Shown here: one piece after another, positions 38,502 through 48,369 of the stretch
Layout of the letters: the number at the start of each line of letters is the position of its first letter
Position numbering within the stretch: position 1 is the stretch's first letter
Assembly: GCA_964187785.1 (NCBI GenBank)
Contig: OZ076410.1
Location: 80,228,001 to 80,292,000 of the forward strand
From: Amphiscolops sp. MND2022
Lineage: Eukaryota
Reading direction: 5' to 3'
DNA: 64,000 nucleotides
Program-made: the position numbers and the translations under genes
Notes under the pieces: model-generated
Told to the model about the DNA's origin: nothing
What the model saw: the letters and a program-made list of their open reading frames with translations, nothing else
Databases searched by the model: none

Positions 38502-40454
38502 TGTAAAGGTTCGTGTGGGTTTAGGAAAAATTAGATTTCGGTGATTCTCACTCGGTTGTGTCTAGGAGTTGGTTTGCGACTATGCCTTCGTAAACCTTTA
38601 CAAAAGTTGTCTCTAGGTCTTCCGAGTTCGCAGGAAGGACTTTGTTTCGAGAGAAGAGTTTAATTTTATGGAAAGAATTTGAATTAGTTCGAGTATTATA
38701 TTCAACAATGTTCGTTTTTACACAATACGCAAGAATATAATACAAACAGAATAATATAATCATCCAAATTGACACACATATCGAATCAATATTATCTGAA
38801 TTGTTTAACATTCACCAAAAATAAATACGTCAGTGTATTAAGGTAGCAATATTCAGGTAAATTGTTTAAATACTGTAAAAAATGGAAATTTGGAGTCCTA
38901 TAACGTCCAACAGTTTGTTAGGACGAAGAGCATTGAATTTTTGGTCTGTTCAGACCTTTTTATGTCTTCTTAACAAGAATGTGAGATTAGCTAAGTCTGT
39001 TGACAACGGTATGACAGGTTTGTCAAAAGTTCTAGCTTATAGGAAGCTGATGAGTTTAAATTGTTAGGTTTTAACTTATATGACCAGCAATAGCTAAGTC
39101 GAAGACAAGATTGTCTAACGTCGAGACTTTGAAGAAGTCTTGCAAGTCTAAGTAAAGTAAAAGTCTTATTAACCACCGTTTAGCTAGGTTTTGTGTTTGG
39201 ACAGGCTTGCCAATACCTGCTTGAACATAAGGTTCCTTGAAGTGTTCTAACAGTTTAACCTTTTGCAAGGGACTAGCAGGTTTGCTAAGTCGAAAAAGAG
39301 ACAGGATTGTCTAACGTCAAGACTCTGAAGAAGTCTTGCAAGTCTAAGTAAAATAAAGGTCTTATTAACGAGCGTTTAGCTAGATTGCTTTTTGTACAGA
39401 ATTGTCAGAAACCTCGAACTTAAGGTCCGGCTAAAGTAAGTTGAGAGAATACATGCATTTTAGTTTTTAATTTTAATTTAAGTTAAGATAAAAATTAACT
39501 TTAACTAGCATTTGCTAGGTCTTGACGCGATACCGGACTTTAGAGATAAGATAAGTCTCAATCGAGAATCTGGTTTATTTGGAGCGTTTAGCTCAAGATA
39601 GAATTCCCTATGATTGCATAGGAGAACCTTGTTGGTTAACTTTTTGTTCAGTCGAATGACTGCAACTTTGTTGTCACGAAGACAAGGATGAAGGAAAAAG
39701 GAAGAAATTTTGACTTGTGATTTTCGTTGTTATTTTCTTAGTTAAAGAAAATAACTTACCTGAAAAGTGAAGTGAATGGAGTTTTGAAGATTTGTTTATT
39801 TTTGAGAGGAAGAGAGTGACGGATTTGTTTTTGTTTGGGAGGTGAAAAGCTGTGAAAAGCGAATGATTGTCTTTAGAAATGTGAAATGTTGGCCCTTTTA
39901 TATAAATCAGAAAGAACGTGCAACCAACCACCTTGTTCGGTGCATTTTATTGGGCACGAATAATTAACATCACATTCTCGGTCCTTACTCGGGAATGACT
40001 TCGGGACCAGGCACGGCCGAGTACAAGTCGACAAAGATTGCATCAGCTAGCCATTTAACCCGGCTAGCCGAGTTGGCTGATGCAATTTTTGTTTAAGTCA
40101 GGGGAATTTGTCCTCTCAAGTGGGGACTTTTGGTCTCGCTTGAATAATCTTTTGTTCTCAAATTGAGAAGCTCCGGCCGCACAAGTGGCACCTATTGTTC
40201 TCTTCTCAGAGATATTTGCTCGCACAAGTGGCGTCGCATTTTGTCTTTTTTCAAAGAGAATAAAAGAGAATTATTTGCACAAGTGGCAAGCGTCTCTTTT
40301 GTAAAGGGGAATTTGTTCTTTCAAGTGACGCGCAGTTGTGAATTTGTTTACTTCTAAACTTCTTTCAAGCGTGCCTTTCTAGCTCCGTTGAAATAATTTT
40401 ATATAAAAGTTTCAATAATATTAAACTGAAGAAAAAGATGTGTTAAACACAACA
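38502..40454 (-). repeat. 3' LTR (~1.95 kb)
   Basis: Homologous to 55334-58055 (9 differences in the first ~106 bp). TATATAAAA at 39896-39904 on the minus strand. Start boundary is ambiguous by ~3 bp and the PPT is degenerate. Confidence 0.9.
38548..38811 (-). CDS. LTR-encoded small ORF with hydrophobic (TM-like) segment, 87 aa
   Basis: True ATG. Contains ICVSIWMIILFCLYYILAYCV. Counterpart at 55446-55643 has a frameshifted tail. Confidence 0.3.
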   Translation of the reverse strand: MLNNSDNIDSICVSIWMIILFCLYYILAYCVKTNIVEYNTRTNSNSFHKIKLFSRNKVLPANSEDLETTFVKVYEGIVANQLLDTTE

Positions 40455-40459
40455 ACTCA

Positions 40460-41516
40460 CCCGGGGTTTTAGAATGAATAAGTTGAAAGGGGGGATACAG
40501 GGTGTTTATGACTTTTACTTCGAAGAATATGGAATCGTTTTTCAGCCAAGTGTTTTCGGAGTTCAATAGTTCATCACGAGGGATGAAACACAAGATGGTG
40601 ACGGCTGTATTGCTGGATGTAGGTGTGGGTTTCTTGAAGCACTCACTAATGTTGTTGTTTGTCACAATCAGCTGCTTACATGAGACAAACTTTTTTTAGT
40701 ATTTTTCGGCATTTTTTAAAATATTGGTCAACTGATCGAGTCTCCAAATGATTTCCTGTATAATTTCCAATCCCGGGGATTTGACTTTTTTCTTTACGTA
40801 GAATCCGCATTTCCAGTGCATCAAGTCTTTTCTTTACATCGTGCATGTGGTCCGAATCTATTGATTCATCGGTTTAAAGGGTGATGTTTAACTTTTGTCG
40901 CAGTAGAAGTAACTCGTTAATTAGGGAGTCTGTCAGGGATCGTTCGTCTTCTAATTGTTCGATGATGGTGGATGAGCTTGAATTCATCTCGAGTGGGGGT
41001 TCTGAAAGAGAATACAAAATTGCTTTAAATGAATGCTGAAATGCCTCTAAGGGGCACTACTATTCGTTGATAGCCTAGAATGGGATTTTCTAGCGTGAAT
41101 TCTTGGCGATTTGGATCTCAGAAGACGATATGCCACTGGTTATATTCGCGTTTTAAAAGATAATTTAGATCGAGTTGAAATCGGGTATTTCTTGTGAAGA
41201 AATATCTGTTGGCAGCCTCTTCGTTCTTTCGTTGTCGGCGTAATGATTCTTGAACACCAAGAGTAGTCTTTTGCTTTTTATAAGATTGTTTGATGGGCGA
41301 TGGATGAGGTCGTTTGGATGGTAATGGAGTTGTTTTCAGGCTGTTTGGTCTAGGAGGCGGTGCTGTTTTGACAGCGCCTTCAGCTTTTGTCTCAGTTGGG
41401 AGGAAGTCGAAATCTGATGGAGAAAGCAGAGGAAGATCGATCAAGTCGGCGTTGTCGGGTTTTCGTTCGCTGGCTAGCGACTCGATTTCTTCTGCAATTG
41501 ATTTTTCGTTTTGCAT
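40460..41516 (-). pseudogene. Post-env accessory ORF of unknown function (broken)
   Basis: MQNEKSIAEEIESLASERKP... is Pro/Lys-rich. Hand translation continues in helical pieces (DVKKRLDALEMRILRKEKSQIPGLEIIQEIIWRLDQLTKY) and ORF 40399-40665 up to the 3' LTR. Confidence 0.5.
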
Positions 41517-41642
41517 GTTCTGGGTACTAAACACAAAAACATGAAAGTACAGTTATACTGGTGAAACCGTATGGATAGTTGATGTAGGGGGTCTTGTTAT
41601 GGCAGGATAATTATGCTCAAGTGTCTCGTGCTCATTGTAGTT

Positions 41643-43654
41643 TTAATCGGGTGGAGTACTTGAAGTCATTGGGTCATGTTGGGGAATCTGATTTAGCGTT
41701 GATATCATTGATACTGTAAGCAAACTGTAGGTTGCTGAGAGGAGTATTTTACCGATACCCCAAGAAGATCCTGTTACTCGGTGTAGTTCAAATGAGCGGA
41801 ATGTTATGACAATTACATTAACCAAAAACTTGATAAGAAGAAATCTTCCAAACCATTATCCCAGTTTGCTAAACCAGTATTCAATGATACCAAAGGTGCT
41901 GATGAACTGCTCTTTGAAGTATCCTGGCAATATCATGTTGTCCACGTAGAAATCTGTACAGGGTGCATAGTAACCAAACTCGTCGGGGCCTTTGTTGGAG
42001 ACTGAAGGTATAAAGAGTTCCCGTGAAACCTTTTGTAAAGCATTTATAGATGCTGCGCTAATCAAAATATTGTCCCAAAAATCACTGAGCTGTCCTTTTT
42101 TATGCATTCCTTCATCCTGAGATTCATCAAAGGCAACCTTGGTAAAGGGAGATTTTTCTTTTGGGCCAAAGATGGCAGGTCTGTCTCTGTGTGTAGGTTC
42201 AGGGTTTAACGAAAACCAGAAATCCTTGTCTTGCATGTCCAGTTGGAAAAGATTTTTGATTCTCTCCGTGCAGTTTCGAGTATTTGCATTAGTATAAGTT
42301 TGTTGGGTGATGGGATCTACGAATTGGATTTGTCCCTTGTAGAAGATGGGTATTTTGTCTTATCAATTACTCATGACATAAAGGGGTGATGATTTTAAAG
42401 GACAGGAGTAAAGCCAAGCAAGACTGCCACCAGTTTCAAGGAACATAGATCTGTTTCCAGTTAGCATATATCCTGCAAGGCGTGGATTTCCCAAAGAGAG
42501 CATCAATATAGTGAGGATTTGGGTCCTTTCTTGCTCACATTGGTTTTTTAACATTCGAATCTCAGACGATTGAAGCGCACGGGTGCTTTCGAAGAACAGG
42601 TAGTCCAATTTGGTGCCAACTTGCATTTCGTTGTCCATATGGAGCCAAGTATTTACTTACTTGTCTTTAACTGTGGCATCTCTGTTGTATATATAAAGTC
42701 CAGGTTCCCAGAGTTGTCTGTGGAGTATTTGAGGGTATAGGATCCTCTTGTAATTCCCATTTTTTCTCAGAGGCCATGTCAAATCCGCCAGTATATAATA
42801 CAATTTACATGGACTCGTAGTTTGTTGGGTAAACATCATTCGGTTTATTACAGAATTTCTGGGGGTAGTTTTTCACTTCGAACAAGAATTTAGAAGTGGA
42901 GGCGTTAGTACTCACCATGTGACATCGATGTTCAATTTTAATTATGTTCACTTGTTCCTCCTTCAAAACTGACAGTACGCAATTATCTGGGTGATCCCAT
43001 ATATAAGCATAGGGATCTAAGGATGTGCTTTGGCAACCCAGATCTTCGAGTTTACATGGAAGGGGATTCCCATTTACATTATGTACTGTTCAATCTCTCA
43101 GTTTAACTGATAGAGTCACCTCTTGGATGTGGCTTTCAAAAGTGTCTTTAGTCATCCAAGACCTTCCATTGCAATGGTTTCTATTTTCTTCGCTTTTCTT
43201 CCATTAGTGTAGGATTGAACGAGTTTTGTCTCTTTTTTGAATTGGACCATGTAGTCTAGTATTTGTGTTTTTTCTTCTTTTCATGCTCTTCTGCATTGTT
43301 CTATACTCAGGTCGAAATCGCTCGTGATTGTGTTTCGTTCGGCGTCAACACTTGCATGGTCATGATATCCACAGTGCCACTTGAATCTACTGTGCTTTAG
43401 GCGGCACATAGTGGCGTTGAGTTCTGTTCCGAAGTGCTTTGTGTAGACAGTGATTATAGCTGGGTTGATTTCAATGTTTTCTGGGGAAACGTGGGTCTCA
43501 CTTGATTTAGTGCATATACTTTGTTTTCAGTCATCTTTCCACAATCATAATGTGATACGCTGAGTCTCTGTGCAATGTCGTCCAGATTGGGGTTCGGAAG
43601 GCCATTGATTAGGGTGTAGCACGTAATGAGTATTATAAAGAATTCGCTGCACAT
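41643..43654 (-). pseudogene. env: Envelope glycoprotein resembling chuvirus-like/gB-like class III fusion proteins (broken)
   Basis: Signal peptide MCSEFFIILITCYTLING; SHYDC; KWHCGYHDHASV (43347-43380); LAWLYSCP; PIFYKGQIQFVDPITQQTY. C-terminal hydrophobic FLLIKFLVNVIVITFRSFELHRVTGSSWGIGKILLSATYSLL. Span is ~670 codons. Confidence 0.75.
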
Positions 43655-44251
43655 TCTGGATCTAATGGGAGGAATCTTAGGTATTGCCTAAGAAGAAAAT
43701 TTAAACAGTAGCTTGCTAACCGAGAGTTGATGGAGTCGAATTTGACAATCCAGTAAAAATCAAGGTTGATTTCACTGATGAAGACTGCTTTTCAGGATGA
43801 CTGAAAGTGGACAAATTCTGTCTATTGTCTTCGACCAAACCAAAATTTGGATATAAATTTGGTAACTTGCTAACCAGAAGTCGACGGAGTCTAGTTGACT
43901 ACCAGATGCGAATCAGAATTGATCCAGGCGTGGAAATGCTTTGAGGAACTGAATTGAGCTAAATGTTGTCTAATGACTTCAACTAAAGCGAAAGTAATTA
44001 GATGTTTGGTAGCTTGCTAACCAAAAGAGGGTGTAGTCACAGTGACCACTGCTTTATTTTTGAGATTGGTGCACGAGTCTATAGATTGAAAGTTTCAGTA
44101 TCTGGCTCGATGGAGAGCCGTTTTCATAAGCACTGAAAGTACACTCTGTTATCAGAAGTGAAATTATGGGTTTGGGATTTGAAATAGGGATAGTGAACTG
44201 AGATTCTAAGAGTTTATTCAACACAAAATACAAGATGTTAGTTTATGAAAT

Positions 44252-44929
44252 TTACAAATCATAAAATTTGATGAGATCCGTGTACAACTGGTTATATTTA
44301 GGGGAGGTGACGCATTCGATGTCCATAACGCTGGTTAATTCTCCCAATACATCTAAATGAAATTTGGTGATGTGCCGTTCGGGTTTGTGTTCATACGAAA
44401 TGAGCGAAGCGGCTAGTGATGCATATAGGAAATTGTCCTTGTCGATTTGCCGCTGGTACTTTTTATTGGGCAGGTCGTAACGTTCGAAATGAATGCAATT
44501 CTTGAATCCGTAAGTCCAAGTCCACCGAACATAGGTAATCAGAAAATTTTTGTTGTGTTGTTTTCGCTAACGAAAATTATCCAGGGGCAGTTGAAACTAA
44601 GTTCTTCTCCCAAAGGGTGTCCCAGTAGATAGTAGGAAAATGATAGCTTTGTGTAATTATCGATTTTGCTCTTTTGTGGGAGTCTTTTTTGAGAATAGAC
44701 TGTGGGTTCATTAGAGGCGATTGTTTTCTCCTCTAAACAAATCTGTAGGTATGTCTCCCACGAATGTCATAAGGTGTAGAAAATAGTCCCAGTAGACCGA
44801 TTGTCGATCTACAAAAACAATGTCCTTTTTTGAAGTGATGTGGTGTTTTAGATAGATGTAAATTCTATCATGGTCCAGCTCAGTTCTATAGATTCTGAAG
44901 AATTCGTTTTCAATTTTGATGTAAGTCAT
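44252..44929 (-). pseudogene. Accessory ORF-X of unknown function (broken)
   Basis: MTYIKIENEFFRIY... continuing to ...FLYASLAASLISYEHKPERHITK...MDIECVTSPKYNQLYTDLIKFYDL*. Paralogous to 45362-45780. Confidence 0.6.
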
Positions 44930-44950
44930 ACGATGAACTGAAATAACCAG

Positions 44951-45260
44951 AAGTTTTTTTACCCACGGCAGAGATTGATACTATGATCGTTACCGTGCTG
45001 AAAAGTTTTTTACCCACGGCAGAGATTGATATTGTGATCGTTACCGTGCTGAAAAGTTTTTTACCCACGGCAGAGATTGATACTGTGATCGTTACCGTGC
45101 TGAAAAGTGTTTTACCCACGGCAGAGATTGATACTGTGATCGTTACCGTGCTGAAAAGTGTTTTACCCACGGCAGAGATTGATACTGTGATCGTTACCGT
45201 ACTCGATGTGAGAAGTCATTTACCCACGGCAGCGATTGATACTATGATCGTTACCGTGCT
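44951..45260. repeat. 51-bp tandem repeat, 6 copies
   Basis: ACCCACGG at 44961, 45012, 45063, 45114, 45165 and 45222 (last spacing 57). Confidence 0.95.
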
Positions 45261-45361
45261 AAGCTGAAATGAATGATTACAGATGAGCTATCAGTTTAAG
45301 TTAAGATGACAACGAAGGAAGAGAACAAAAATTAGGTAGGAAGAAGACTTTTATTTACAGT

Positions 45362-45780
45362 TTAAAAATCGTCCATCTCTTGCCAGAGCACCAGGGTTTC
45401 TAATATATCTCTATACATGTCTTTATAGTTCGAATTCCGGCAGGTAGCATCCATTTGGTCCGTAATGGCGCTCAAGAGTCCTGTTTAGAAAGTTGCGGTT
45501 CTGGTTCCCTTTTGTAAGTGACTAGAGCTGCTGTGAGAGACATGTAGGGAAATGATCCCGGTTTTAATCATTTATGGTACGTTTGCTTTGACCTGTAATT
45601 GTGGAATCGAATTTCCACATCTGCTGCTGGATGTCAGCTCCAGTTAAACCCTAGTACAATCATGGAAGTCTCTTCGGCTTCGGCATCACATTCTATGTGC
45701 AGTTGAAATTGATTTTGTTGATAACGATGATTGGAATGTCATGAAAGACGGGCTTCATCTAAAATGAAATACAATGTTTG
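45362..45780 (-). pseudogene. Accessory ORF-W, paralog of ORF-X (broken; 5' end not found)
   Basis: Hand translation ...FPYMSLTAALVTYKREPEPQLSK... then, after a frameshift, LLSAITDQMDATCRNSNYKDMYRDILE. Confidence 0.55.
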
Positions 45781-46619
45781 AAAATGCTACTTGCCTTATT
45801 TTGTAAAATTCAAACGAATTTCACGGTTGCAAGATCTTGACTTTTCAAAAGAAAAATTTTTTTACTATTGTGTTTTTGTTCTTTTCACAAGGTTCTTCTT
45901 TAACAGGGCAATGTCTTATTTTCTTTTGTTCTCCTACTTCTTTTGTTTTCTTTTGTAGTCGTTGTATTGTGAATTTGTGTTCTTTTGTTTTCCACATGCT
46001 TTTGTAATTACATGCAGTGACTTCTTTTGTGAATTTCTCTTAGTTGTTGACTCCTCTTTTCCGTTTTCTTTGACTTGCATCACTGGTTTTCATCTGTTCC
46101 TTTTATTTAAAACGCGCTTTTGTTGTTGAAGAACTGTGGGTGCCATGTGTGTTTTTGAAGTTGCGTTTTGGAATTTGCTTTGTAGTGAATGCGCTTTTGT
46201 CATGGTTCAGTTCTTTTCGATTGCCGTGTGGTTTTAAGTGATTTGAAAAATTGTTTGTTCACAATGTGCCTTTGTAATGGTTCAGTTCTTTGGACGCCGT
46301 GTGTGTTTTTGAAGTGGTAGCTTAAGTTTGGCTTGTGTTGAATGCGCTCTCGGATGTTAGTCTGTTTTCTTTATATTCACAAGTAAGTTCATATTCGATT
46401 TTCGTTTTTCTTGAATTTTTGTTATCGTGTATATGACACGCTCGACCGCCGAAAAAGGAGTAGAAAAATTTTGAAGCATATGGTGGTAAATCTTGGAGGA
46501 AAAGAAAAACAGTGTTGAACAACAGAGTGTAAAATGAGGGGAGATTTTGTATTGGCATAAGGGGGTGGTGAAAATGAGTTTTTGAGGTTGCAAAACACAT
46601 TTTGGTGTTTAGGTTTGAA

Positions 46620-46835
46620 ATGTCACAACCTTCAATTCGACTACCCTTCTCATCTGCAGCTGGTGCTTATCTGGCACCAGATCTGTTTAACGATTTGAGA
46701 TCGTTGGTTAACGATCTGGAGTTGCCTCTAATGGTGGGTGTAACACCCGAAAGCGAGGTGTTGCGTCGCCGTGAGCCAGTGCGGCGGGCTGTAAGTCGCG
46801 CACTAGTGGAGCATGTAAGTGGACACTTAGTCTGA
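46620..46835 (+). CDS. Antisense accessory ORF A (71 aa), unknown
   Basis: Intact ATG-to-TGA ORF (MSQPSIRLPF...), GC-richer than its T-rich flanks, antisense to the provirus. Confidence 0.4.
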   Translation: MSQPSIRLPFSSAAGAYLAPDLFNDLRSLVNDLELPLMVGVTPESEVLRRREPVRRAVSRALVEHVSGHLV

Positions 46836-46934
46836 ATTGTGAGAACAGAATCTTGTAAAAAAAAAGATTTTTATGTTCTTTCCAAGAAAAAGAAAAGCAT
46901 AGAGTAAAGAAATGGTAAAAAGAAAAGAAAATTG

Positions 46935-47177
46935 ATGGATCGCGTGTTTCATGTAAAGAGTTTTGGTCTGTTTTGGTGGAGATCGAAGCTAGCACTCGGG
47001 GCTAAAGAAGTTTGGGTGTTCAAAATTCGAGCAATAGTAACGGGTTTGGATATGACGGTCCCACAGGCCCGCGAAAGTATTGCCTGGCGATTGGACCGCG
47101 GACAATTTTTTGAAGTTCTCCAGGATCTAGCCTCAGCAGGAGGGTATGTGGTGTGTCTCTGCGCGGGACACCCCTAA
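46935..47177 (+). CDS. Antisense accessory ORF B (80 aa), unknown
   Basis: Intact ATG-to-TAA ORF (MDRVFHVKSFGLFWW...), followed by a T-rich tract and AATAAA at ~47442. Confidence 0.4.
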   Translation: MDRVFHVKSFGLFWWRSKLALGAKEVWVFKIRAIVTGLDMTVPQARESIAWRLDRGQFFEVLQDLASAGGYVVCLCAGHP

Positions 47178-47453
47178 CCACCTCCCAATGGGGCGACAAT
47201 TATCCCCACCGAAAGGGAAGACTTACTGTAAATTTATATATATTGTAAATATTTGGTTTTGTGGTTTTTGTTATTTTATTTTACCCTTTTAATTTAATCT
47301 TTTGTAAAAGTGATGTGTATCTTTAAGTTGTGATTTGAGGATTAAGGTAACAGTTTTTGACAATGATTATCCGAAAATTTAGCTGGAAGATGAGTGAAGT
47401 AGCCAAAAGTTTTGAGCAGTCGCCTCTGTGGAGGCTTGTTGAATAAAAGATCG

Positions 47454-47628
47454 ACAGTCACAGTGCTATCTATTCCAGACAGTTCGACCATTTAAGGTGA
47501 ACCGCCATAGCACAATTTTTGCTTGTGGTGTTGTCTCTTGGGAAGACTTGTTGAAGAAAACCGTCAACAGTCACAGTGGTATCTATTCCAGGCAGTTCAA
47601 CCATTTAAGGTGAACCGCCATACCACAA
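47454..47628. repeat. Two ~62-bp direct repeats, period 113 bp
   Basis: ACAGTCACAGTG(C/G)TATCTATTCCAG...TTTAAGGTGAACCGCCATA at 47454 and 47567. Confidence 0.9.
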
Positions 47629-48369
47629 AACTGTCTGAAACTTTTGCTAAACACTACTAGTATGACCACGAAAATCAGCATTGCAGATTGTGATTGTTAG
47701 TCTCATGACACGACGAAGAGTTTGTAGTCTCGGATAATATATGTTAATATTTGTGAGGATTAGAAAGTAGATCGCGCTTATGTACGAAACTGAAGTATTG
47801 GAGATGTGAAAAGATGTCATTTTTGTTTGTTATTATTTTATTTTTATCCTGGCAAAAACGTCATGATTGAGTGAGGGGTTTCAAAAAGGTATACAGTGAA
47901 GTGTAGGCTATTGCTATTTGGCTGGTAATAAATTGTTTGTTGCTGAATCAACCGGGTCACAAGGGAGCCTCTTTGGTTGTGATTAGTTGATAAAAAAAAT
48001 TAGAAGTGTTTTTTGAAAAGATCGAAAATCCCGATCCAAGAAGTTGTGGTCAACGAACATGTACGTTGATGGCAGTTATCAATAAGGCTGGAGATGTGAC
48101 AAATGTTAATGGGGACTTATTTAAAAAAGAGTTCGAGATTCAGAAAGAGAAGAGTTCGAGATTCAGAAATTAGGGGTTGGCACAATTATGCACGCTTTCA
48201 TGGGTTTTTCTTCGATACGTTATTCTGTCCCTGGGTCTAATGACACAGAGAGTGATGTGTAGTGTCCAATTTACATAGAGTTATTTTTGTGAAATAAAAA
48301 GATGAATCAGGATTTTAGCGCAGCTAAAGTTTTGTTGATGTAGTGAATGCTAGTTTTATCATTTACTTT

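Noticed and set aside
44951-45260. CRISPR-like array
   Set aside because: Units are contiguous near-identical 51-mers with no unique spacers, there are no cas genes, and the context is eukaryotic.
44910-45267. ORFs of 86 and 94 aa on both strands through the 51-bp array
   Set aside because: They are open only because the stop-free unit is a multiple of 3. No independent coding evidence.
45000-47600. Inverted similarity between the 51-bp unit and the 113-bp repeat as ends of an inversion
   Set aside because: Only a short GAT..ACTGTGA..GTT resemblance, too weak to support.
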